In this document: positions 29,575 to 39,075 of the stretch, piece after piece
Position numbering within the stretch: the first letter of the stretch is position 1
Layout: each line of letters opens with the position of its first letter
Source: Oleiphilaceae bacterium
GTDB taxonomy: Bacteria; Pseudomonadota; Gammaproteobacteria; Pseudomonadales; Oleiphilaceae
Reading direction: 5' to 3'
Assembly: GCA_965230795.1 (NCBI GenBank)
Contig: OZ246020.1
Location: 1,554,585-1,618,584 of the forward strand
DNA length: 64,000 nucleotides
The notes under the pieces: model-generated
Databases searched by the model: none
Told to the model about the DNA's origin: nothing
The model's input: only the letters and a program-made list of their open reading frames with translations
Made by a program: the position numbers and the translations under genes

Positions 29575-30267
29575 ATGAATATATGGGCGAAAATGATGAC
29601 TGCGCTTCGTGGAGGTGTTAACGAGGCGGGTGAGGCTCTGGTGGACAGTCAGGCCCTAAGGATTCTGGACCAGGAAGTTCGTGAGGCTTCGCAGGCTTTA
29701 CAGGATTCCAAGAACAGCTTGGCTGAGATTATGGCTCGTCAAAAGGTCGCCGAAGAGAAGTGTGCGTCCTTTAAAAAACAGATCAAAGAACACGAGGGTT
29801 ATGCTATCAAAGCGCTCGAGAAGGCGGACGAGAGGCTGGCTCGTGAAGTGGCAGAAAAAATTGCTGATTTGGAAAGCCAGTGTAGTCAAGAGCAGGAGTC
29901 TGCTGATGGCTTTGCTGCAAGTGCAGAGAAGATGCGAATGGCCATCAAGCAAACAGAGCGTAACCTTAAGCGTTTGAAGCAACAGGTTGATACGGTCAAA
30001 GCCACTGAGAATGTTCAGCGGGCGCAGGCAGCAGTGGCTGAGCGTCACAGTGGCTCGCACTCAAAAATGAGGACAGCAATGGATTCACTTGATCGGATCA
30101 AAGATAAACAAGCGCTGAAGGCAGCGCAGATGGCTGCGGCGAGTGAGTTGGCAGAACAGACCTCCGACGTCTCGCTGCAGGCGAAACTTGAAGAAGCTGG
30201 CATCGCTGGAAGTGGCAGTAGTGCCGACGATATTCTGGAGCGCTTGAAGAGCAAAGCTTCTAAATAA
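29575..30267 (+). CDS. PspA/IM30-family protein (ESCRT-III superfamily)
   Basis: MNIWAKMMTALRGGVNEAGEALVDSQALRILDQEVREASQALQDSKNSLAEIMARQKVAEEK... An all-helical coiled-coil of 230 aa typical of PspA/YjfJ. Confidence 0.8.
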   Translation: MNIWAKMMTALRGGVNEAGEALVDSQALRILDQEVREASQALQDSKNSLAEIMARQKVAEEKCASFKKQIKEHEGYAIKALEKADERLAREVAEKIADLESQCSQEQESADGFAASAEKMRMAIKQTERNLKRLKQQVDTVKATENVQRAQAAVAERHSGSHSKMRTAMDSLDRIKDKQALKAAQMAAASELAEQTSDVSLQAKLEEAGIAGSGSSADDILERLKSKASK

Positions 30268-30298
30268 AACGTGAAAAATCAATAAGGAGGAGTCGGGA

Positions 30299-30988
30299 AT
30301 GTTTGCGATATTTTTGATGGATGACATGGATCCGTTTTACCAGAACATTGCGTCATTTCCGACTGTAATTTTTACCTTTCTATTATTGCTCGTCGTGCTT
30401 TACTGGTTGGTGGCAGTTTTGGGATTGATAGACATCGATGTGCTCGATTTTGATATACCTGAAGCAGATGGAATGGACATCAATCCAGATACGGGCTTGA
30501 CTAATGCCAACGTGCTGGCCGGGCTCATGCTGCGTTTTGGACTTCATGGTGTTCCGGTAACGATTATTCTGTCGTTCATCGCGTTATTTGGCTGGTTTGT
30601 TTGTTACTACGCAGTTCATTTTCTCATGGGGATCATTCCGGAGGGCTTGCTCGCTTTTCTGGCGGGTATCCCGGTTTTTTTTGCATCCCTTTATGTTTCA
30701 GTAATGGTAACGGCATTAGTAATCAAACCGCTGCGGCCACTTTTCAGCAAGGCGTCTCAAGACACCTTGAAAAGGGTACTGGGTCAGACGGCGATCGTTC
30801 GTACCTCGCGTGTTGACAATAATTTTGGGGAAGCAATTCTCGAGGATGGTGGCGCTGGTTTACTTCTCAAAGTGAGAACGATTGGCGAGACAACTTTCTC
30901 AAGGGGAGACAGGGTTGTGCTGCTTGAATATGACAAAGAAAAAAATACTTACCGTGTAATTTCTGAAGAAGAATTTGCCGGTAGCTAA
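30299..30988 (+). CDS. NfeD-like membrane protein (YqiJ/YuaF-like, flotillin partner)
   Basis: Four or five TM helices, then a C-terminal OB-fold NfeD domain (GQTAIVRTSRVDNNFGEAILEDGGAGLLLKVRTIGETTFSRGDRVVLLEYDKEKNTYRV). It immediately precedes the flotillin gene. Confidence 0.7.
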   Translation: MFAIFLMDDMDPFYQNIASFPTVIFTFLLLLVVLYWLVAVLGLIDIDVLDFDIPEADGMDINPDTGLTNANVLAGLMLRFGLHGVPVTIILSFIALFGWFVCYYAVHFLMGIIPEGLLAFLAGIPVFFASLYVSVMVTALVIKPLRPLFSKASQDTLKRVLGQTAIVRTSRVDNNFGEAILEDGGAGLLLKVRTIGETTFSRGDRVVLLEYDKEKNTYRVISEEEFAGS

Positions 30989-31025
30989 CAATCAAAAAAT
31001 TTAATCTGGTAATGGAGTAACCGTT

Positions 31026-32975
31026 ATGACCGAGAGTTTGCCGTTGTTGATGCCTATTCTATTTGGCGTCGGAATTTTCTTTATCATTTTGATGGGGTTG
31101 GCCGCGCTCTTCAAAGCTTTCTATATCAAGGTAGAGCAGGGCACAGCCCTTATCGTAAACGACATGTCGTCGAAACCGAAAGTGCATTTCACCGGCGCAC
31201 TGGTATATCCGATCATTTACAAAAAAGAGTTGATGCGCATTTCGCTTATCACTCTGGAAATAGATCGTCGAGGCAAAGATGGTTTGATCTGCGCAGACAA
31301 TATGCGAGCGGATATCACTGTCGCATTCTATCTGCGGGTGAATGAAACCGCTGAGGACGTTTTAAAGGTTGCCAAATCAATCGGTTCAAGTCGTGCTTCC
31401 GATAAAGACGCGGTCAATGAGCTTTTTAACGCGAAGTTTTCTGAAGCCTTGAAGTCGGTTGGTAAGCAGGTTGAATTTGTCCAGCTGTTTGAAAACAGGC
31501 AAAAGCTGAGAGATTCAATTGTTGAGTGTATTGGCAACGATCTGAATGGTTATGTTCTTGAGGATGTGGCCATTGATTATCTGGAGCAAACACCCAAGTC
31601 CGCTCTGGATCCTCACAATATTCTTGATGCGGAAGGTATTCGCAAGATTACAGAGCTCACCGCCACACAAAATGTACAAACCAACAATTATGAGCGAGAT
31701 GAAGAACTCGCCATCAAGAAAAAGAACGTTGAGACAGTGGAAGCGATGTTATCACTGGAGCGTCAGCAGGCAGATGCGGAAGCCAAACAGGAGCGTGAGA
31801 TCGCTACGTTGCGTGCGCGCGAAGAAGCTGAAACCAAGAAAGTCCAGGAGGAGCAGCGCAAGATTGCAGAGGAAACCACAATCAAGGTGGAGCAGGAGTT
31901 GCAAGTTGCTGCAGAGAACCAGAAGCGGGAAATCGAAGTTGCGGAACAGAATCGTCTTCGCGCCGTCGCGATTGAAGAAGAAAAAGTGGTTCGTGCTAGA
32001 GATCTGGAAGTCGTCGACAGGGAGCGTCAGGTTGAGCTGGACAAAATCGCCGCTGAAAAAGCCCTGGAGGTTGAAAAGAAAGAAATTGCCAACGTTATCC
32101 GTGAGCGAGTTGCAGTAGACAAAACGGTTGCGGTTGAAGAGGAGCGTATAAAAGAAGTACGTGAAGTCTCAGAGGCAGATCGACAGAAGCAAACGCAGGT
32201 GCTGGCTGCGGAGGCTGCGGCTGAAGAAGATAAAGTCAAGCAAGTAAAAGCCGCAGAGGCAGAGGAAATCGCGGCGAAACACAAAGCAGTCGAGATCACG
32301 ACGATTGCTCAGGCGGAGCTCGAGGAAGCAGCCAAAAAAGCGGATGCGAAGAAGAAATTGGCCGAGGGTACACAGGCAGAAAGGGCCGCGCCAGGCTTGG
32401 CTGAAGCAAAAGTACAGGAAGCGAAAGCGGCTGCCCTGGAGAAAGAAGGACGTGCTGAAGCGGAAGTTATAAGAGCCAAAGGTGATGCAGAGGCGGATGC
32501 CTTGTCTGGTACAGGTAAGGCGCAGGCAGATGTGACCGCAGCACAGGGTGACGCTGAAGCACAAGCGGCCAGACAGTTAGGTCTCGCAAACGCAGAAGTT
32601 ACTCGTGAGCAGTTTAAAGCGGAAGCCGATGGTTTGGTTGAAAAGTTTGAGGCCATGAACACGATGAGTGAGGATGCTCGAGAGCACGAAGAGTACCGAA
32701 TGGGACTGGAGACTGCGCTGAAAGAGGCATTGGCATCTATCGAGGCTGGTAAAGATATCGCTAAAGAAAATGCCGAAGTGCTTGCCGTGGCCCTGCAGAA
32801 GGCGAAGATTGATATCGTTGGTGGTGAAGATCACTTCTTCGATAATTTCGCCAAGTCACTTTCAATTGGTAAGGCGGTAGATGGTCTGGCCGGTAAGAGT
32901 GATACGATTCAGTCACTGATCGATAGGGTGATTAGCGGCAAGAAGCCGACGGTTGTGGACGCAGAAAACGACTAG
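31026..32975 (+). CDS. flotillin-like SPFH/band-7 protein (FloT/YqiK-like) with long EA-rich coiled-coil
   Basis: N-terminal TM hairpin; SPFH domain (QGTALIVNDMSSKPKVHFTGALVYPIIYKKELMRISLITLEIDRRGKDGLICADNMRADITVAFYLRV). Extended flotillin E/A repeats follow (AEAKQEREIATLRAREEAETKK...). Confidence 0.85.
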   Translation: MTESLPLLMPILFGVGIFFIILMGLAALFKAFYIKVEQGTALIVNDMSSKPKVHFTGALVYPIIYKKELMRISLITLEIDRRGKDGLICADNMRADITVAFYLRVNETAEDVLKVAKSIGSSRASDKDAVNELFNAKFSEALKSVGKQVEFVQLFENRQKLRDSIVECIGNDLNGYVLEDVAIDYLEQTPKSALDPHNILDAEGIRKITELTATQNVQTNNYERDEELAIKKKNVETVEAMLSLERQQADAEAKQEREIATLRAREEAETKKVQEEQRKIAEETTIKVEQELQVAAENQKREIEVAEQNRLRAVAIEEEKVVRARDLEVVDRERQVELDKIAAEKALEVEKKEIANVIRERVAVDKTVAVEEERIKEVREVSEADRQKQTQVLAAEAAAEEDKVKQVKAAEAEEIAAKHKAVEITTIAQAELEEAAKKADAKKKLAEGTQAERAAPGLAEAKVQEAKAAALEKEGRAEAEVIRAKGDAEADALSGTGKAQADVTAAQGDAEAQAARQLGLANAEVTREQFKAEADGLVEKFEAMNTMSEDAREHEEYRMGLETALKEALASIEAGKDIAKENAEVLAVALQKAKIDIVGGEDHFFDNFAKSLSIGKAVDGLAGKSDTIQSLIDRVISGKKPTVVDAEND

Positions 32976-33065
32976 GGGTAATCCTCCTGAACTGTCCGAA
33001 TGGCAAGTTGGGTGTCTTTGAGATTCTCGACTTGTTTCCACCATCGTTAAAAAAGGAAAAAGTTC

Positions 33066-36000
33066 ATGGAACAGCATGATCTGTCGGCTGACAATGGAGC
33101 CAATTTAGTTGATCAAGCCGTTGCAGAAGGTGGTGCTTACGAAGTAATCCGCAAGCGCCTGGTTCAACAAAGCAAGCAGTTGTCAGATGTTACCTCTGCG
33201 TTAAATGCCGGTCGCCTGAATGAGTTCGGCAGTTCGGACATGGAAGTGATCGGTCGAGTACGGGTGCGTACCGAGAATAACTGCATCGCCAGGGATATTG
33301 TTCAGGTGGGGCCTCACCTGCTGTTCGGATATAACGTTTTCATCGGATTGAAAAAAGAAACTGCGGTTAGTGATGTATTTGCTCTTTTTGATGTCAAACA
33401 GACGGAGCAGGGTTTTGATCTCGAATCTGTCGACTTGGATAATTCTTTCCTGGCACATCCGGGGTTCGTCAACGACTTTGATGAACTGTATCGCTATTAC
33501 AAAAATACGCGCTTAATCCAGTTGCGGGTCAAGGACGGAAAGCTGCTCGCGGGTTTCCAGATTGGTGAGCGTCTCAGTGATGTGCGGGTTTTTCGCTGGG
33601 CTTTGTCTCCTGATGGCCAGGTTGAATATATTGACAATCGTGGTGAAAGGGATCTTGAGTTACCTTCACCCTACGATTTTGAATGGACGTTTACAACAAG
33701 GGATGACAGCGTTCAGGGGCGCCATCCCCATATTAATGTGCTCGATACGGTTTTTGTTGAGACCACTGATGGCGATTTGACCATTAAGGTAGAAAATAAC
33801 ACGGAAAATGGTCTAGGGATTTATAGCGAGCCTGTGGAAGACAAAACCCAATCTTTGGATGATGCCCAGATTGCCTATGCGAGCGTAGGCGGATTGATAC
33901 TTCTGAAGATAAGACCCTATCGGGAGGAGGCTTGGCGTTATCTTATTTTTAACACTGTCACTCAGGAAGTCGTGCGACAGGATGCGATTGGTGAATCATG
34001 CGTCCAGTTACCTGAGGATCACGGCATCATTTTCCCAGGCGGTTATTATTTGCAGTCGGGTGAGAAGAAGGCGTTTGATGATGGTGTGACGGGGCTTAAA
34101 TTCAAAAGAGTGCTGCGGTCTCCCAACGGCGAGGACGTGTTATACGTCTTTTACCAACCGGAAGAGGGTATGGTCGGTCTTTTCGCCTACAACCTGATCG
34201 AAAAGCAATTACAGAATCCGGTTTATGGACACGGCTATGCCTTGGCAGAGGACGGTAGCCTGGTTATTTTTCAAGCTGAGGAAGAACCAACCAGAGTGCA
34301 TCCCATGCAGATCTGGAAAACCCCGTATGAGAGTGTGGAGCATGCGAGTAAAGCTCCTCCAAGTCAGACGTTTTTCGGGCGTATCGGTAACGCAGAGCTG
34401 GTTCGTGGAATCTCCGATCTCTACAGTATTTGTCGTCTGGTCGACAATCAGTCAGTGTCGCTGCGGCAATACGAAGAGCTAAGCAGAGCGGCGAAAAAAA
34501 TCTTCGATGATCATTACTGGTTGGAGGAGGCTGAGACCAGTAAGATCGCTTCATGTGTCAGGGATATATGTGCTACTTCGGAGCTGGTCATTGATGAGTT
34601 TGAGAAGGTTGAGAGCATTCGGGAACAGTCTGCCAAAACCATGTCTGAAGCTTTTCACGATCAGGAGACGCTGCTCGCCGAAGCGCGGCCCGATAACTGG
34701 GAGCTTGCAGAAGAGTATGTGGATGCGTTGAGCAAAGTGCGTAAACAGCGCGGTCATTTGGTGGGTATCAAATCGCTGCGCTACATCGATGTTGCGCGCA
34801 TCGAGGCGATGGAGAATGAGCTGACAGAGAGGGAGCATGAGCTCACGCAGGCGACGGTTGAGTTTCTGTCTGATGAAAAAGCCCTTAATCCCTATCATGA
34901 AAAAATTGCGGGTCTCCAGGCCGATATTGATAAATCCGAGACCAAGGCTGAGTTGTCCCCGTTAATCGAGGCCGTTGAAAAAACTGCCGCGGGTCTGGAT
35001 CTGCTCTCGGAAATCATGGGGGCACTTAAGGTAGATGATGCGACTGTTCGAACTCGCATCATTGATGCTGTCACTGAGGTTTACGCAAAGCTAAACCAAA
35101 CTAAAGCCGCTGCAACGCGGAAGAGCAAATCTCTTGGTTCGTCGGAAGCGGTTGCCCAGTTTTCTGCTCAGTTCAAACTTTTTTCACAGACCATTGCCAA
35201 TGCACTTGGGGTTTCCAACACTCCTGAAAAGTGCGATGAACAGTTATCGCGCCTGTTAATTCAACTAGAGGAATTTGAAAGTCAATTCAGTGATCATGAC
35301 CAGTTTCTCGCGGACATCATGGAGAAGCGGGAAGAGGTCTATGAATCCTTCGAATCCCATAAACAGCAACTCTTGGATGAGCGACAGCGCAAGGCTCAGA
35401 CCCTGGCCGATGCGGCAAACCGTATTCTGGGCAACATAGAAAAGCGCTCGCTGAAGTTCACCGAGAAAGACGATTTAAATACCTATTTCGCTTCAGATGC
35501 CCTGGTTATCAAAGTGCGCGAGCTGGTTTCTGAATTGCGGAATTTGGACAATGCAGTCAAAGCTGACGATTTGGAATCTCGTTTCAAGGCGATCAAAGAA
35601 CAGTCACTACGATCCCTGCGCGACAAAACAGAGATCTATGAGGCGGGTGGAAATGTCATCAAGTTGGGGCCTAGACATCGCTTTTCCGTGAATACCCAAG
35701 ACCTGGATCTTACCATCATTCCACGTAATGGGATTCTCAATATCCACCTGACCGGTACGGATTATTTTGAAGCTATTCATTATTCAGAACTGATGCAGCT
35801 CAAAGACTATTGGGACATGTCGCTCGAGTCTGAAACATCAGCAGTGTATCGTAGTGAGTACCTGGCATATCGTGTCATAGAGGCAGCACAGAACAACCAG
35901 CAGGGATTGAGCATGCCAGCTTTGATGCAGTCTATCAAAGATGATGAGTTTTCGGGCCTGGTGAAGGACTTTGCTGCCCCGCGCTATAAGGAAGGCTACG

Positions 36001-38468
36001 AAAAAGGCATTCACGATTATGATGCGACCTTGATACTAAAAGCCTTGCTGCCTTCTTTGCATATGGCAGAGCTGTTGAAGTATGACTCGACAAGCAGAGC
36101 CGTGGCACAGGTTTTCTGGTCCCACACGACTCGAGCTATAAAGGATAACAAAGATCGAAGAGTCCATGACCAATCCGCAGATGTCTGGTTGAAAACAGCC
36201 GTGACGTGGCCAGTCCGTGCCCGAGCTGCTATGCAGCTGAATAGCAGTCTGTCCAGTCGTAAAGCTGTAGATCTGTTGGCTCAGGAGATTCTTGATTACC
36301 TCAAGTCGTTTTTAGAAAAACATCCAATCGAAATTCCGAATCATACTATTAGACAGGCTGCTTACTATCTGGTTGACGAGTATGGTCGGGACGACTTTGC
36401 GTTCGTTACAAGTCAGTATGGTTTGGATTTGGTAGAAGAGCTGAAGCGCAGCACGAATGACTTAGCCTGGAATACCTTTGTAGCTTCTCTGCGTGAACTG
36501 GATTCAAACCCTGCCGAAAAGTGGAAAGTCGCTGAGGCTTGGCTGCAGGCGATGGTCGATTCGTTGCCACAAGACAACGAAACTCAGGCTAAGAAAGGTC
36601 GTTATCTTGCCGAGGCGATAGCTCTTCTTGTTGAGCCTGATAGCGTTCCGCGCCGGACCAGCAATGTGGAGCTTGAACTGCTTGTCGAAGGCTTGCTTGG
36701 CGAGCATGCTCGCATATCCAAACAGCGTATGGCTGTCGGAGTTGACGATTTTCTGTCCCGGATGAAACATCATTGTGAGGAAGTAATACCGGCCTATCAG
36801 CACTATCTTCGTACCCGTCAGGAGGTCATCTCAAAAGAGAGAGAGGCTTTGAGGCTGGAAGAGTTCAAAGCGCGGCCACTAAGTTCATTTGTACGCAACC
36901 GCTTGATCAATGAATCCTATCTTCCCTTGATCGGCGATAATCTGGCTAAACAAATGGGAACGGTCGGAGAAAACAAACGATCCGATTTGATGGGTCTGCT
37001 AATGATGATTTCGCCACCAGGTTATGGCAAAACGACATTGATGGAGTATGTCGCCAATCGCCTGGGCTTGATTTTCATGAAGATCAATTGCCCTTCCTTG
37101 GGGCATGATGTGTTGTCTCTGGACCCCCAGCAGGCTCCGAACGCAACGGCAAGACAAGAGCTCGAAAAGCTCAACCTGGCGCTGGAGATGGGAAATAATG
37201 TGATGCTTTATCTGGATGATATTCAGCATACTCATCCAGAATTTCTGCAGAAATTTATCTCCCTGTGTGATGGCACCAGACGTATTGAAGGTGTCTGGAA
37301 AGGGAAAACCAAAACCTATGATATGCGCGGACGCAAGTTCTGTGTGGTAATGGCAGGTAATCCCTACACGGAATCTGGTGAAGCCTTCAAAGTACCCGAC
37401 ATGCTGGCAAACCGGGCAGATATCTACAACCTTGGCGATATTCTAGGCGGCATGGATGAACAGTTTGCGCTCAGTTATGTGGAGAATGCTCTGACTTCAA
37501 ATGCTGTATTGGCGCCTCTTGCAGTCAGGGAAATGGGGGATGTTTACAAACTGATTGATATGGCAAAGGGCAAAGAAATTGCAACCACTGATCTGAGCCA
37601 CCAATACAGCGGTGCTGAAATTAGTGAAATCACAGAAGTTTTGAAAAAGATGTTTGTGATTCAGGACGTGGTTCTCAAGATCAATAAACAATACATAGCA
37701 TCCGCTGCTCAAAACGATAAGTACCGGACTGAACCCAGCTTCAAGTTACAGGGCAGCTATCGCAATATGAACAAAATGAGTGAGAAGCTTTCGGCTGTCA
37801 TGAACGATGCAGAGCTTATGCAGATGATTGAAGATCATTATCTAGGGGAAGCCCAGCTGCTGACTTCAGGCGCAGAAGATAATCTTTTGAAGCTTGCTGA
37901 ATTGCGCGGAAATATGACAGATGAGCAGTCAGCCCGCTGGCAAGAAATCAAACGTGATTTTCTTCGTGATAAAGCTATGGGAGGCGATAGCGCTGATGTG
38001 GGAGCAAAAGTCGTCGCTCAGCTCGTAGACATCGTAAGTGGACTGCGAGATCTCAAGGCTGTCGCGCAAGAGGCGGTTGAACGTGGTGACACAAAAGACG
38101 CGGAACAGGTGAATGAGACTCCGCGGCAGGACATGCTAACCCTGGAGCAGCTTTCTCGAGAAATGGACAAACTGGTTGGTGCTCTAAAGAGCCACCGACC
38201 AAACGTGGAAGTGGTAAACCAGCCGGTACCCGGCATCGACAAGATTCTTTCTGTATTGGCAGATTCCATTGAGCATAGTTTGATGCCCGTTGTTAAGAGC
38301 ATGGACAAGAAGCTCGATATTGATTTGCGAACGCATTACAAGTTGAGAGATGTGTCTGAACAGCTGAGGAATCTTGAGCATGCTATAGGGCTTGAGGATC
38401 ACAAGTCCGGAACAAGTTCTCTGCGCACGGATACGGAAGATTCGGATCTCCAAAGCCGGGAAGAATAG
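33066..38468 (+). CDS. giant (1800 aa) multidomain protein with AAA+ ATPase of the AAA_5 (MoxR/dynein/McrB-like) type near the C-terminal third
   Basis: RBS aaaaggaaaaagttcATG. Walker A MMISPPGYGKTTLMEYV; Walker B VMLYLDDIQHTHPEF; sensor/arginine region FCVVMAGNPYTESGEAFKVPDMLANRADIYNL. The N-terminal ~450 aa are a beta-rich globular region, followed by about 700 aa of helical and coiled-coil sequence. No TM segments. Confidence 0.7.
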   Translation: MEQHDLSADNGANLVDQAVAEGGAYEVIRKRLVQQSKQLSDVTSALNAGRLNEFGSSDMEVIGRVRVRTENNCIARDIVQVGPHLLFGYNVFIGLKKETAVSDVFALFDVKQTEQGFDLESVDLDNSFLAHPGFVNDFDELYRYYKNTRLIQLRVKDGKLLAGFQIGERLSDVRVFRWALSPDGQVEYIDNRGERDLELPSPYDFEWTFTTRDDSVQGRHPHINVLDTVFVETTDGDLTIKVENNTENGLGIYSEPVEDKTQSLDDAQIAYASVGGLILLKIRPYREEAWRYLIFNTVTQEVVRQDAIGESCVQLPEDHGIIFPGGYYLQSGEKKAFDDGVTGLKFKRVLRSPNGEDVLYVFYQPEEGMVGLFAYNLIEKQLQNPVYGHGYALAEDGSLVIFQAEEEPTRVHPMQIWKTPYESVEHASKAPPSQTFFGRIGNAELVRGISDLYSICRLVDNQSVSLRQYEELSRAAKKIFDDHYWLEEAETSKIASCVRDICATSELVIDEFEKVESIREQSAKTMSEAFHDQETLLAEARPDNWELAEEYVDALSKVRKQRGHLVGIKSLRYIDVARIEAMENELTEREHELTQATVEFLSDEKALNPYHEKIAGLQADIDKSETKAELSPLIEAVEKTAAGLDLLSEIMGALKVDDATVRTRIIDAVTEVYAKLNQTKAAATRKSKSLGSSEAVAQFSAQFKLFSQTIANALGVSNTPEKCDEQLSRLLIQLEEFESQFSDHDQFLADIMEKREEVYESFESHKQQLLDERQRKAQTLADAANRILGNIEKRSLKFTEKDDLNTYFASDALVIKVRELVSELRNLDNAVKADDLESRFKAIKEQSLRSLRDKTEIYEAGGNVIKLGPRHRFSVNTQDLDLTIIPRNGILNIHLTGTDYFEAIHYSELMQLKDYWDMSLESETSAVYRSEYLAYRVIEAAQNNQQGLSMPALMQSIKDDEFSGLVKDFAAPRYKEGYEKGIHDYDATLILKALLPSLHMAELLKYDSTSRAVAQVFWSHTTRAIKDNKDRRVHDQSADVWLKTAVTWPVRARAAMQLNSSLSSRKAVDLLAQEILDYLKSFLEKHPIEIPNHTIRQAAYYLVDEYGRDDFAFVTSQYGLDLVEELKRSTNDLAWNTFVASLRELDSNPAEKWKVAEAWLQAMVDSLPQDNETQAKKGRYLAEAIALLVEPDSVPRRTSNVELELLVEGLLGEHARISKQRMAVGVDDFLSRMKHHCEEVIPAYQHYLRTRQEVISKEREALRLEEFKARPLSSFVRNRLINESYLPLIGDNLAKQMGTVGENKRSDLMGLLMMISPPGYGKTTLMEYVANRLGLIFMKINCPSLGHDVLSLDPQQAPNATARQELEKLNLALEMGNNVMLYLDDIQHTHPEFLQKFISLCDGTRRIEGVWKGKTKTYDMRGRKFCVVMAGNPYTESGEAFKVPDMLANRADIYNLGDILGGMDEQFALSYVENALTSNAVLAPLAVREMGDVYKLIDMAKGKEIATTDLSHQYSGAEISEITEVLKKMFVIQDVVLKINKQYIASAAQNDKYRTEPSFKLQGSYRNMNKMSEKLSAVMNDAELMQMIEDHYLGEAQLLTSGAEDNLLKLAELRGNMTDEQSARWQEIKRDFLRDKAMGGDSADVGAKVVAQLVDIVSGLRDLKAVAQEAVERGDTKDAEQVNETPRQDMLTLEQLSREMDKLVGALKSHRPNVEVVNQPVPGIDKILSVLADSIEHSLMPVVKSMDKKLDIDLRTHYKLRDVSEQLRNLEHAIGLEDHKSGTSSLRTDTEDSDLQSREE

Positions 38469-38479
38469 GGCATTCCAGA

Positions 38480-39073
38480 ATGTTCCCCGGTCTTTGGCTC
38501 AAATTCAGGCTGCTCATTTGTTTGTTAGCGGTCATGATTGGGGTTCATGCGGTGAATATGACGCTGGACGGACAGCTTATTCAATACGGGATTATTCCAA
38601 GGTCAGAGGAACATTGGTTTCATGTGTTCATCTCACCTTTCATTCATGTTGATCACGTTCATTTGCTTAACAATTTGTTCGGGCTGGCAATATTCAGCGT
38701 TCTTTGCCTAATGCGTTCGGTAGGACTGTATATCCTCTGCAGTATTTTTGTTATCACCTCAACAGGTTTATTGGTGTGGTTGTTCGCTCGCAGCGCCATT
38801 CACCTTGGTGCTAGTGGTTGGATATTTGGTTTATGGAGTTTTGCCATTGCGATTGCCTGGTTTGATCGGAAATTGATAAACATTGTTTCCAGTTTTCTGG
38901 TGGTCTTTTTATATGGGGGGATGATTTACGGCGTATTGCCTAGTGATCCAAATGTTTCTTTTGAAGCTCATCTTTTTGGCGCTTTGTCAGGTGCGTTGTT
39001 TGCATTTTTTTATTCAGTGTATGTGAAAGCCACGCGGCGTTCTCAATCACGGTCTTCAGTGGCGGGGAACTGA
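38480..39073 (+). CDS. rhomboid-family intramembrane serine protease
   Basis: Six TM helices; catalytic GxSG (IHLGASGWIFGL) in TM4 and His (AHLFGALSGALFAFF) in TM6. Confidence 0.75.
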   Translation: MFPGLWLKFRLLICLLAVMIGVHAVNMTLDGQLIQYGIIPRSEEHWFHVFISPFIHVDHVHLLNNLFGLAIFSVLCLMRSVGLYILCSIFVITSTGLLVWLFARSAIHLGASGWIFGLWSFAIAIAWFDRKLINIVSSFLVVFLYGGMIYGVLPSDPNVSFEAHLFGALSGALFAFFYSVYVKATRRSQSRSSVAGN

Positions 39074-39075
39074 AA

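Noticed and set aside
32027-32834. Several minus-strand ORFs (85-131 aa) within the flotillin gene
   Set aside because: They are antisense to the E/A-rich coiled-coil repeats (GAA/GCN codons), with no independent start signals.
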